Below are positions 22,991 through 35,700 of a stretch of 64,000 nucleotides of DNA, one piece after another; within the stretch, counting starts at the first letter, position 1; each line of letters opens with the position of its first letter. The notes beneath the pieces are model-generated. The model had not been told where the DNA came from. It saw only the letters and a list, made by a program, of their open reading frames with translations, and did not search any database. The position numbers and the translations under genes were made by a program. This DNA comes from Antedon mediterranea (taxonomy: Eukaryota > Animalia > Echinodermata): contig NC_092670.1 in the NCBI RefSeq assembly GCF_964355755.1, positions 17,160,795-17,224,794 on the forward strand, written 5' to 3'.

Positions 22991-25900
22991 TAACCAAAAT
23001 CTGCTTATCTTCATCAGACAGAAATGACGCTTCGGCAGCTCGAATTCTCTGTAAAAATAATAAATTGCAGTTAAGAGAGTCAGAAATACAAATGAACCTA
23101 TCGTAGTACGTATACGATAACACGTTGTCAATGAGATACATTGTCCCCAAAGTACACACATAACACTGACTAAAACACTGATTAAAATCTCTATTATAAT
23201 AAATAAGCCTGTTCCTATACGGAAACTTTGTCACGTACAACGGTAGATGAGATATCATGGTTCACTGAAGTGAGCGAGTGGCCAAACGGTTATTAAGACA
23301 GTGGAACTGTAACATCGGCAATGGTTCGAGGCTCACTCGCTCCATGGTGGTGGTAGAACGAGTCTTCTCGGATAAGGACTATAAATAAACCGTATAGGTC
23401 CAGTGTACATATAGCTCATGTGAACTTTAAACAACCTAGTAAATCTTTCGAGACGACTCCGATGTACTAGTCCACACAAACACAGCCACTGTCACACACA
23501 GCCACTGTGCAATTGGGATTGATCCTTTACTAACAGTGTTAGTGAGAAGTTGAATAAATTAAAAAAATAAACAAAAAAGAAGTACATTCGAGTGTGTCAT
23601 ATCTTACCGCTTTTAGTATGTCTTCTTCAGACATACCAAAGTATTTAAGTGCAATTTCTTCCTCATCCCCAACCGTGTTGTTGAAGTGAAGTGGATCATC
23701 AGTGTTGAGCGAAAAGTTGATGTTATCTCTTGCAAATCTAATTTATTATTACAAATACAATTTGAATGGATGTTATTTCTTGCAATCTAATTTATTACAA
23801 ATACAATTTGAATTGATGTTATTTCTTGCAAATCTAATTTATTATTACAAATACAATTTGAATTTATGCTATTTCTTGTAATCTAATATACTACAATTAC
23901 AATTTTAATTTGTATTTTCAATTAGATTCATAATAATTAAAACAGTAGAGTACGACCCAGAGGAAGATCGTGAAAGTTAAAATGAAATGGAAATTGAAAA
24001 TGTAATGGACAGAACAATGCAGAGGAAAGTGACGTAAAATAGTGGAAAGAGTCATGTTGCAAAGGACAGAACAATGCAGAGGAAAGTGACGTAAAATAGT
24101 GGAAAGAGTCATGTTGCAAAGGACAGAACAATGCAGCGGAAAGTGACGTAAAATAGTGGAAAGAGTCATGTTGCAAAGGACAGAACAATGCAGAGGAAAG
24201 TGACGTAAAATAGTGGAAAGAGTCATGTTGCAAAGGACAGAACAATGCAGAGGAAAGTGACGTAAAATAGTGGAAAGAGTCATGTTGCAAAGGACAGAAC
24301 AATGCAGAGGAAAGTGACGTAAAATAGTGGAAAGAGTCATGTTGCAAAGGACAGAACAATGCAGAGGAAAGTGACGTAGAATAGTGGAAAGAGTCATGTT
24401 GCAAAGGACAGAACAATGCAGAGGAAAGTGACGTAAAATAGTGGAAAGAGTCATGTTGCAAAGGACAGAACAATGCAGAGGAAAGTGACGTAAAATAGTG
24501 GAAAGAGTCATGTTGCAAAGGACAGAACAATGCAGAGGAAAGTGACGTAAAATAGTGGAAAGAGTCATGTTGCAAAGGACAGAACAATGCAGAGGAAAGT
24601 GACGTAAAATAGTGGAAAGAGTCATGTTGCAAAGGACAGAACAATGCAGAGGAAAGTGACGTAAAATAGTGGAAAGAGTCATGTTGCAAAGGACAGAACA
24701 ATGCAGAGGAAAGTGACGTAAAATAGTGGAAAGAGTCATGTTGCAAAGGCAAGAGGCGTGACTAAAGATGATGAATGTAAAACATAAAGTACTTACTTTT
24801 TCGCAGGATGTAATTTAAAGTCAGAACTAACAGATCCAAGACGGACACTGGAGGTTGGGCAAACTTCCAGGTGTACCTTACTAGTTTTTACCAACTGGAA
24901 AAAAAACGAACACAAATTGAAGACGTATACTGTTTCAGAAAATCTTTATCATGTGCAACGTGCCCCGGGTGAATTCCTTGTCACTCATTCGTTTTTTGAA
25001 GCTTTTTTCCGGAAATGCCCTTAGCCATAGCTAAAAAGTATCAACGAAGTGATATGATGCACGCGCAACGCACGTATTGACTAATCAAAGTTCTCTAGCT
25101 TTGACGTCGCTTGGTCACAATACTACATACAACCATGGATTAATTAATGAATTCATTAATCCATGATACAACATAAGTGATGACTATTTTGAAAAAAAAA
25201 ATGCAAATACCGTGTAAACATTATCATCATCTACGCATCTATAGCCATGTCCAATTCGGTGTGCCTTAAACGTTTCAATTGCTCGTCGTATGTTTGCAGC
25301 AGGTGCAGGTACAGCCTCTCCTGCGTGTATGCTTCGATTTATTTTGAGACGGCAGGCTTCCTTCAAAATAAAATAAAAATCTATAGTACAGTATAAACAA
25401 ATTGGGTTCAATTCAGATAAAAAAGGCCTACACATATCTATTCGTGTGTCTGTTTGTTTTGATCATGGAGAGGTATATACCTCCATGGTTTTGATGATGA
25501 TCATAAAAAAAAATTAATCGTGGCTCGCGGGCTTTCCTATTTATTGTTGTCAAGACCAAACCAGTAAACGGGTGAACTTCCCTGCTATGTTAAAAAGGGT
25601 ACGACCGCATATTTATACATTATTTTATACCAGTACTCTTTATTTGACTTCAGTTTGTTTTGTATACTAACAAAGTGTACAGAACAAGTTTTGTCGATTT
25701 TACGTGTGTAAATGTGGTTCTATTAGCAAAGACGTTCTAATTAATTTAGCGGATAGGCGTCAGTTATTTGATTAAATTTTTCTTTTTAAGGCTATGAACT
25801 CAATTTGTCATGGTAATTTTGAAGTGTACTTTCCTATTCTGTTCCACAATATCAATTGCGTATATCCTGCTTTATTTTTTATATTAAGAGGGAGGGTAAA

Positions 25901-28900
25901 TGTTACTAAAAATGGTTTTGTTAATCGTTTGCCTAAGTTATACCACTCACTATGTAAAGTTTATGGATCTGTTGGTATTTTTTTTATTTGATTGCTTGTT
26001 TCCGTCACAAGGTTTTGTCTAATGTCAGTAATATCTAAATGTTGTCTTGTTATCTAATGATTTTTGCTTGAAAATATATGATATTATATTTTATGACTTT
26101 CAACCCTGTTAATGGTGACGTTTGGTCTCTGTAGGGTGATGATGAAATAAAATAGAAAAGAAAAAATAATCTTACATCCATTCCATCAAAGTATTCCTGT
26201 TGAAGTGGTTCTAGTTCATTTCCAGCCAATCCGATTCCAACCACACCATGATGTTTGTAAATCTGACATAGACGAACGACCTCGGCGCACCATTCTGTAA
26301 TGAACGTTATAATAATATATGGGATATAGCAATGGATTTTTATTATGAATACTGCTGCTTTACAACTCTAGAAAAAACATGTCCGTCCCTATTTGCTAAT
26401 GACATCAACATTGTGCCGAAAGAATCAATGAGAAAAAATTCATATCCCACGTGGAACTATAACATTGTTTTTATTTACTAATTAGTGTACATTGTAAGAA
26501 CTGTTTAACTTGCCTGGTTTACCTATCAACATACAAAGAATACTGTTTGCCTTTACGCCAAATCTGTTGTGACCTTCGAAGAAAGCTTCATTGACGTTTT
26601 TCACTACTTCTTCTGCAGTAACTCCACGCAATTCATCAGCCAATAGGTGTGGGCAGTAAGAAGCTTCGAAATATGCTACACCTTCTTTTGCCTTATCTTC
26701 ACATAATTCTAAAGCAATTCTTTTGATTGATTTTCTATGACCACTGAATAATATTGAGAGATGAACACCAAATGTAATAGTGTAGCACTTTGTAATTTTT
26801 TTTCCATTCCATAGTAAATAAAAAGGAATGGTTAATGCAAGGGTAATAACATGTTCATTGGTGGTATAAGTGAATCTTTGTGTGTATAATGTTCCTACTG
26901 TTTACAGAGGTGGACTGACTGAAGTTAACGTAATTCTTGTCGAATTGTGTTGTGCCCCCGCACGTCAGAATTCATGAGAGGCCTACTAAACGGCATTGTC
27001 GAAGAATCGTATACGTCTATCTGTCAGTCAGTATATAGTTAATAAAATCAATGTTCTACTTGCCTTAATATTGGTAAGAAAACGTCAAAAGTTTTAATAA
27101 ATTTTGGAAGTGATCCTGAACCAGTAACCCGCAACTCTGAGATGAAGTTTTCTTTGCTTTTAAAACGTTTTTCAATGTCGATCATTTTACGTTCTCTAAA
27201 AGGTAAATACAAACATACAGATAATATCTCTACGATAAGCAGGGAGATGTAAAATAAATTTATTTTATATCTACCTCATGATACAAGTAAAACTAACAAA
27301 CAATGCATATTTATTCATAACCGTACACTTCTTTGGTATACACGATCTTCAGTTTTTAAAAACACTCATTATAGAATCACTCACCTTTTGCGCACTTCAG
27401 TAATTGAAGTTGGAATGGAAAATCATCAGAAATAAACAAAAACAAATTGCTTTTTGTATTTTTTTAAAAACTATTTTATTTATTTATTTACCTTACTGTA
27501 TCCCAAAGTGTTTCTGGTCGACAAGCACCGTCAAGATGTAAGTGCAACTCAATCTACACGATATACAACAAAAAATTAAACAAAAAATTACAGTATAAGG
27601 GTGTTATACAGGCCCGTAGCCAGGGGGGGTTTTTATGGTTCGGGCGAACCCCCCCCCCCCTTTACAGCGAACCCCCCTTAACCGACTGCGAACCCCCATC
27701 CCCGACATGCCCAATACCTCACCCTCATCTCCAAAAATCCTCCAAATACGTGCCCCACAGTACAAAAAGTTGTTTGTAAATTGAAAAATTCGTAAACTTG
27801 TTCGTGAACCTTCTTCTCTGTATGAGCGTCAACTAGCGATACGTGTCTGTACATTTCTAAAAGCTGCAAATGAATTGCCGATTTTAACCTGAAAAATAAA
27901 TGTTTGGTCCCTGCATGTAACATGATATTGACGCGTCTCATAGCGAACTGGGGCACGAACGATTCGTACAAAGGACACCGCCAGACAACTGCGTACCTAT
28001 AATTGTTTAGATCACTGGCAGTCAGGCAGCATGCATAAAGTATATAGCCTTCCGACGTACATCAGTATTTATGTGTGACTATGAAGTATAATGTATCATA
28101 GAGGATTATAGTGAATATTAATATTTTACACTATAATATCTATGGTATCAAGAGTACTGTAGTTCACATTATGGCATCCGATTATTTTTTTCTAGACCAC
28201 CAGCCGATACGTACTAAAATGTATCAATATCACCTATTTACATATTTATATTCCTCAACAAATTGCTGTAAATAAATATTATAGATAGAGCTAGCAAATA
28301 GCATTTGCCTTCAACCAGTGTGCTTTTTTCGGGGCTGCTCCTAGATGTACGTTCGCATTGAACGCAAAACAAAATACGGAGTAAATGATCAAACAATCGG
28401 CGGTTCCGCACAGAGCACGCGCATCTAACATACGGCAACAAAATAGTTATCGTCCTTTAAATTATCGACGTGTTTGAGAAGGAGGAAAAAAGTACGATCC
28501 TTTTGGTCATTGGTAGCATGCTGCACGAGAGTGTCTTTTCCGGCCATCTAGGGTTGTCATTTAACAAAATTCGCTTCGCATCAGGCCCCACCCCCAGGGG
28601 GGGGGGGGGGGGTTGACCCAAATATTTAGTGTCCGAACCCCCCCTTGACAGATCCTGGCTACGGCCCTGTATATGAATTGGAAATTCCAGCTCACTGTCA
28701 AACGAGAAATAGGCCTACGGTTTCATCATGTGAGTGCAGTACTTGGAAACCAGAGTATTCAGCATTAATGTCACAATCGCGATATATATCTATTTATTTT
28801 AGCCTATCTGTACGGTTTTAGGAACAGTTAACTACCGGTACCACCCAAGAGGATCAGTAACAAATTGAAAAATTATTCTCATCTAAGAAGCTTTACGCAA

Positions 28901-28962
28901 CCAGCAAGACCAAAATGATTAATTTTACGTACCCTAAACAACCCTGGTTTAAACATCGGCAT
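22926..28962 (-). CDS. ADA: Adenosine deaminase-like, copy 2; 9 exons (28962-28933, 27553-27492, 27195-27064, 26743-26514, 26294-26176, 25360-25211, 24894-24797, 23737-23608, 23048-22926)
   Basis: IELHLHLDGA, HAGE, RIGHGY, HLEVCPTSS, SLNTDDP. Same exon structure as copy 1, GC donor(s), and the protein ends ...QPCCCSIL*. Confidence 0.92.
23268..23520 (+). mobile_element. tRNA-derived SINE with a Meta-like central domain (minus copies at about 33695-33985 and 51925-52160)
   Basis: Head gagtggcc.a.cggtt...ggttcgagg followed by tctcggataaggactataaa...ggtccagtgtaca in three copies. Confidence 0.78.
23715..23890. repeat. About 47-bp tandem repeats spanning the acceptor of ADA copy 2 exon 8
   Basis: Three to four copies of tgttatttcttgcaaatctaatttattattacaaatacaatttgaat. 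Confidence 0.8.
24007..24749. repeat. 57-bp minisatellite, 13 near-identical copies
   Basis: Unit ggacagaacaatgcagaggaaagtgacgtaaaatagtggaaagagtcatgttgcaaa. Confidence 0.97.
27609..28669. mobile_element. Non-autonomous DNA transposon of about 1.06 kb in ADA copy 2 intron 1
   Basis: TIR caggcccgtagccagg / cctggctacggccctg (1 mismatch), TA(TA) on both sides, subterminal cgaacccccc motifs, no transposase ORF. Confidence 0.8.
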
Positions 28963-29559
28963 CTTGACACTGTACGGTACTGTCTCAGAGTGGAGTGAAA
29001 AAGTGTTATGTTGTTGGACTAAAGGGGTATATCTTGTTTAAACACACTATACAAACAGCAGCAATAAATATTATCATTAACAAATATTTATGAACAAAGT
29101 ACAAAGTAAAGTTTAAACGTTTAAATTATTAAATGTAAGCACTGTAGTGATATTCAGGAATGTGAAAGGAAACAATTATGGAACACGTGGTGGTCTTCTT
29201 GCAAACTAAAGTTTCTTTATTGATTAAAATGGGTGCGGCGCCTGCAACACTTAGGCCTACATTGGAAATTCGAAAATGAAGGCCCAAAGTTTTAGAATTA
29301 ATACAGTTTTAAAATATCTTATCAGGCATATAATAGATTATTAGGAATAATAAATAATTTGTTTAAATAAAGAAATTACGCCTACGTAATTGTGTATTTA
29401 CTATTTAAAATACTATCAATGATGGTATGGTGAGCTCATAACGAACATTATACTACCCAATAACCACTGAATTTTAGATAGACATTATTTCCAATTTAAC
29501 ATTATTATTTATATATAAAATCTATACAAAAATACAATGTAAAATGTATCCGAAAACCA

Positions 29560-29798
29560 ATACCCCGTGCGGCGTACACTACGAGAGGGCGAGAGGGTGA
29601 GAAATATCTGTAATAAAAGCACTATTGGCGTTTCATATCGGTTTATGTGCCTTTACGCATGCGTAATAACATGAGGAATTAAGAAAAATAATGTGGAGTA
29701 CGACGCTTGCTTGGGGCATAATAACAAACGATAGACCTCCTTTAAATTTCACTTTTAGCTTGTTTAATTGTATGTTTTAATATTCTAAAGAAAGGACA
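29560..29798. promoter_or_regulatory. Putative Raptor promoter, divergent from ADA copy 2
   Basis: CpG-richer patch with the palindrome tacgcatgcgta (NRF1-like, about 29654) and ATTGG; start codons at 28962(-) and 29799(+). Confidence 0.45.
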
Positions 29799-32700
29799 AT
29801 GTATGATGATATTACAGAGTCAGAGGAAAGTGAATTGTCGGATTGGCAGCTGCCCCTGGCGTTTATGAAAAAGAGACACACCGAACCGATTACGGGAGGC
29901 AACGTTGTAACACAGACATGGCGAATGAAAGAGAGGGTGAGTAGGGAAGTGAGGATAGGCGAGGCGGGGTATTCGACGGATCTCCGTATTCGACGAGGCA
30001 TACCAGGCATAGGTCAAGATGGGCCTGGGCCTAGCAAATTTACGTTCAATGACTAACCCGGGTGGTCTTTGACGAGAAACCTTAGGGAGTTTCTTTCACA
30101 TCTACTCTAGGCCTAGAGTACAGGGCGCTAGTTCCGTTTCGCACCTGTTTTTATTTCGACTTCCTTTTGACTCCAAATTGTTAAGCAACTTATTGTGAAT
30201 ACCACATCTTAAAATTGGGCCTCATAAGTACTTTTATGAAGAAGAATCACATAAAAAGTAACAAATAAATCCTTAAATTGATGATTTTACAAACATGTTT
30301 CTCGCATACCGTTCGCCGCGAATTTAGCATACTCGAAGTTCAATATTTTTGTTTCTATGGAGCGCCAAAAGAGCAACAACAATAGATGGTTAAAACCTCA
30401 GTGGAATGCGTCTTCTTTTAATGCATTTATTATTGAAATACACGTTTAATTTTAATATATTTTGTCAATAAAAATGCTGTAACATTTTACTGCTAATAAT
30501 TTGCTGTTGTCAAATAGCAACCAACCCTAGGCCTAAGAGTAAGACTATTATTTAGATTAAGGTATACCCCTACAGTACATGTAATATGATGATAAATTTG
30601 TCGATTTTCATTCCTAAAAGCTCCTGCAAAAACCATGTACAGTATCAACAGTAATATTTTTGTTGCATTGACATTGACAAAATATGATAAAATTAAACGT
30701 AATTTTCACCAATAAATGCATTAAATATACGAAATTTACTGAGTTTTTAGCCCTCTATTATGATTGCTCTTTTGGCGCTCCATAGAAACAACAACATTGA
30801 ACATGGAGTATGCGAAATTCACGAACCGATGTGCGAGAAACACGTCTGTAAATTCATCAATTTAAAGGATTTATTTTTTACTTTTTGTGTGATCTCCTTC
30901 GTAAAAGTATTTTTGAGGCCTAATTCTAAGGTGTGGTACTCACGATAAAGTTACTTAACCAATTTTGAGTCGAAATAAACGACAGGTGCGAAACGGAACT
31001 AGCGCCGAGTACAGAAACATTTTAGGGTCACGTTATTCGATGAATTAAAATAAATTCGTAAGCCTACCAGTACCTACCACTACTAGCCTACCTAGTAGAA
31101 GTAGGCTACTACCACACACACGCTACAGCTGAGTTACATTAGGCCTAGGCTAGGCAGGCCCAAGTTAGTGCTAGTATTTTTATATATAAAGTAGCCTAGG
31201 AGGCCTAGGCCTAACTAGCACTATTAAATTTACCTAAAAAACCAGTCTGGCTTTCAGGTGTGAAAATAAATCTAAAGATTGATTGAAATAAAAAAACGCT
31301 TTCTTTCTATTTAGATGAAAACAGTAAGTGTTGCTTTAGTTTTATGCCTTAACGTTGGAGTAGATCCACCAGATGTTGTCAAGACAACGCCATGTGCTCG
31401 ACTTGAGTGCTGGATAGGTAAGTAACAAAATAATGGATGATAACATTGACTGTTAATGTAATTGTTATGTGCAATTAGTTCAAATTGAGCATAGACAAAT
31501 TAAAATGATTTTGTATCCAAATTAGTTAAAAATACATGATATGAAAGTGTATATACCATTAATTTTTTATATGGTTATATTTGTAGATCCCCTGTCAATG
31601 AGTGCGCAAAAAGCACTGGATGCCATAGGAGGGAACTTGCAGAAGCAATATGAACGTTGGCAGCCAAGAGTAAGGATGCTTCAATGAAATATTGTACACC
31701 ATGTATTATAATAATAATAATAATACCACATTTATATAGCGCCCTTTTCATGAGTAATCATGCTCAAAGGCGCTTTACAAGCATTATTACCCCAGTATTT
31801 TTTATGGGATCAAACACGTATGGAAACATACTCCCATAATGCAGCCGGTAACCAGCGCAAAGTTGTGTCTAGATCTAACTGGGTACCCATTTATACACCT
31901 GGGTGGAGAGAGGCAACGTAAGTAAAGTATCTTGCCTACGGATACAAGCAATGCGGCGAGAGTTGGATTCGAACCTAGGTCTGACGATCGGTAGTCCAAC
32001 GTCCAACACACTGCGCCACACGCCCTCTTTATTCGTCTTTCACACCACCTCCGGTCCGGCTGCAGTTCAGACCCACGTAAGATTTCGTGAACAGCACTAC
32101 AGTGGACCGAAGCAGTTGCGAAAGACGCTTCTAGAAAGTGAGAACGCTATTCTATTATTCAGAGATAATGAGAGTGCTATCCTACACAATGGAAAAGGAA
32201 TAAAAAACATTTTGCTAATTTAGAAAAATAGATCTGCTTTGCCTTTGCAGGAAAAAATAATTATCTAAAGTTATAGTCAAATATTGTGTTGTATAAGAGC
32301 CAACAGCAGTCCATGTAATCAAAGTGAGGAAACTCTCTGAATGGGGAAAGAAATATGTGGAGACATTACATTAATCTTGTAGTCTACTAAAACAGAAATT
32401 TATGTTTCTTTAATTTTCACATTTGTAGGCACGTTATAAACAAAGTTTAGATCCGACAGTTGAAGAAGTAAAAAAACTATGCACATCACTAAGACGCAAT
32501 GCTAAAGAAGAACGTGTCCTTTTTCATTATAATGGGCATGGCGTACCAAGACCAACAACAAATGGAGAGATTTGGGTTTTTAATAAAGTAAGTTTCTTAA
32601 GCTCTGTATACACTATCAAACTAGTTTGACAAAAAGGGTGTGTTGTGCCCAAATATGTTAGTGATATGCCCAAATATGTTAGTGATATGCCCAAATATGT

Positions 32701-35700
32701 TAGTGATATGCCCAAATATGTTAGTGATATGCCCAAATATGGTAGTGATATGACATTGTGGCCATATATATGAACACATCACATTTTTTGTAACATAATG
32801 TTTGGTAGTGTAAACAGAGCTTTATAGTTTGTTTTAAACTTTCATTATTATTTTAACTTGATTGGAACAGACACACATTTTCTTGATATGCAACATTGAT
32901 TAGCATTGAGGCATCATGTAAATGCAATATTGTTTATGATAGATTTTTGTCTGTATTCTTGCAGAGTTACACACAGTACATACCCCTTTCAGTGTATGAT
33001 TTACAGACGTGGATGGGTAGCCCATCTATCTTCGTGTATGATTGTTCTAATGCTGGCCTTATACTTGAATCATTTGAAAATTTCTCAGCTCAAAAGGTTC
33101 ACGAAAGAGAGGTATGATTTCAGTTTTTTTGTGAAGCTTCTAATTTCTGTGTAGGGAGAACAAGTTAAGATCAGATCACAAAAGTAGAACCTGAGTAACA
33201 GTTCTAGCTCAAAATCATGGTCGCATTTACTGAAAATAAGTGACATAATATAAGCCTATTTCAAAATGTTAATTATTGTGTTTTGCTGTTATTTTCAGCT
33301 TGCCGGCATCAACACTCATACACTTCCAAAGAATCAGCTTCCACTTCCACAACCAGTTAAGAACTGTATACAACTAGCAGCTTGCAGCTCAAATCAATTA
33401 TTACCAATGAACCCTGAACTACCAGCTGATCTATTCACATCTTGCTTGACCACACCAATCAAAATAGCTTTAAGATGGTAATGTACAGTTCTACTGGTCG
33501 CCGTGGGTCTTTAGTATTAAAAATCATGATTAAAATCGGCATTCAGTTGTATATTGCTACTAAGATTATGGGACTTAATATTGTCATCTTCTTGATTTAT
33601 TTATCATCCTTGATCAGTCACAGTGATTCTGTCCAGTGGAGTTTTCATAAGGCTGAGATCCTAAAAATTGTTATTATTTATTATTATCCATTCTTTATAC
33701 TGTGTGACCTCTTCAAACTGATCTCCCAGACGACCCAGTTATTATGACTGTGTGTGACAGTTTTTGTACTAGTACACTGGGGTAACCCCTTACTTGTCTC
33801 GTAGGATGTACTGGGTTCTTTAAAGTGCACAAGAGCCAAATTTGTACACTGAACCTACGGTTTATATTCCTTATCCGAGAGGACCCGTACTACCACCAGA
33901 ACTATGGAGTGAGTGAGTCTTGAACCCTTGCCGATGGCTACGTATTATAGTTCCACTGTCTTAACCATTCGACCACTCACTCGCTTAAACTCAACCTAGT
34001 CTTAAATCTTTAGCATTGTATATTTCTAAATGTAGATGGGTAGCTGGAGTGTCTGTGTCCCCCTGATCTACTTACACAAATTGTTTTTATATTTGATCTA
34101 TTTATTCTTTTGGTTTCAGGTTTTGTTACCAAAAAAGTAGTAGTCTAGTTAGTGGTATCACACCAGAACTTGTTGATAAGTAAGTATGTTTTCAGAAATT
34201 TATATTCTTTTCAAAACAATAAATGTAACACACATGTAATTATCATAAAATATTCGTATAATTTTCCTCAGAATTCCTGGTCAGTTGAATGATCGGCGAA
34301 CACCTCTAGGTGAACTAAATTGGATATTTACAGCTGTTACGGATACTATAGCGTGGAATTCATTGCCAAGAGGTTTGTATTGCATTTATTTTTTATATTG
34401 ACAACTTAAACTGATCTTACTGTATTCACCATTCACACGTTCAAACTAAAATAAAAAAATCTCCTATCTAAAGCTCTACTCTACACTATCAAACTAGTTT
34501 GATGTGGCCAAATATGGTTGTGATATGCCCAAATATGGTTGTGATATGCCAAAATATGGTTGTGATATGCCAAAATATGGTAGTGATATGACCAAATATG
34601 GTAGTGATATCCCCAACTATGGTAATTATATAACATCAATCCATACAGTATATGGGTACATCACATCTTTTTGTCACATAAGGTTTGATAGTGTAGACTG
34701 AGCCTTAATGAATATCACACAATCAGTAAGGCTTGTTTCCCACTTAGACACAACATAACGACGTACATACAATGCAAGCAACAATTTGGACAATCCATTG
34801 CATGATTTGATTTGTCAAATGACTTGTGTGGTACCTGTGTTGGATGTTTAAATGTTCAAACCAAAAAGGTTATTCAATTTGAAATTCAATGCTGCTCTTT
34901 TTAAAATTTCAGATCTATTCCAAAAGTTGTTCCGTCAAGATTTGCTAGTTGCTAGTTTATTTCGCAACTTCCTTCTAGCTGAGAGAATTATGCGTTCTTA
35001 TAATTGTACACCTATCTCAAGTCCACGTTTACCACAAACATACCAACATGCCATGTGGTGAGTTAATATTCATTCATGCAAGTTCACATTAATTTAGCCA
35101 AGATCTGTAAGTCCCATTACAAAAGTTAAAAAAAAAATATCAAAGGGCAAAAAAACCCAAAAAAATATATATGAATGTTCATATATAAATATCAAAGGCA
35201 CAGAATGATTTCTAAACCGCCTGGTGATATACTGAAATTTAATTAATTACTTTGAAACGATAAAGATGAGGAAATCTGAGAGAGTCACCCCAACCGAGAT
35301 TCGAACCCGCAACCTTCTTGAAAAGCAGATGTCCTAACAATTAGACCACTCTGGTGCTTTTATGGTATTGATCAAATTCGTATATACAGTATATATATGA
35401 ATATATTATCCAATCTGCAGACAGTACTGTTTCAATCCTAAATATATTATGTACTATGTCAAAAGCACTGCATTATATTTTTATGTCTAAATGAATGCTA
35501 TTACATTGTGTTTCGTGTGCACCTCTACAATAATTATATGTATATTTTGTAGGCAAGCCTGGGATTTAGCAGTTGAATGCTATTACATTGTGTTTTGTGT
35601 GCACCTCTACAATAATTATATGTATATTTTGTAGGCAAGCCTGGGATTTAGCAGTTGAATGCTATTACATTGTGTTTTGTGTGCACCTCTACAATAATTA

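Noticed and set aside
23918-24752. 270-aa ORFs
   Set aside because: Products of the 57-bp minisatellite within an ADA intron.
27385-27425. Strong donor (AAG|GTGAGT, minus strand) suggesting an extra ADA exon
   Set aside because: No suitable acceptor nearby, and the flanking exons already join in frame.
22926-28962. ADA copy 2 as a pseudogene or as secreted ADA2/CECR1
   Set aside because: The frame is intact once GC donors are allowed. There is no signal peptide or ADGF domain, and the exon layout matches copy 1.
31955-32026. tRNA genes (also about 11722, 23270, 35290, 38038, 46221)
   Set aside because: A/B boxes are present but the cloverleafs are incomplete and followed by SINE bodies or tails.
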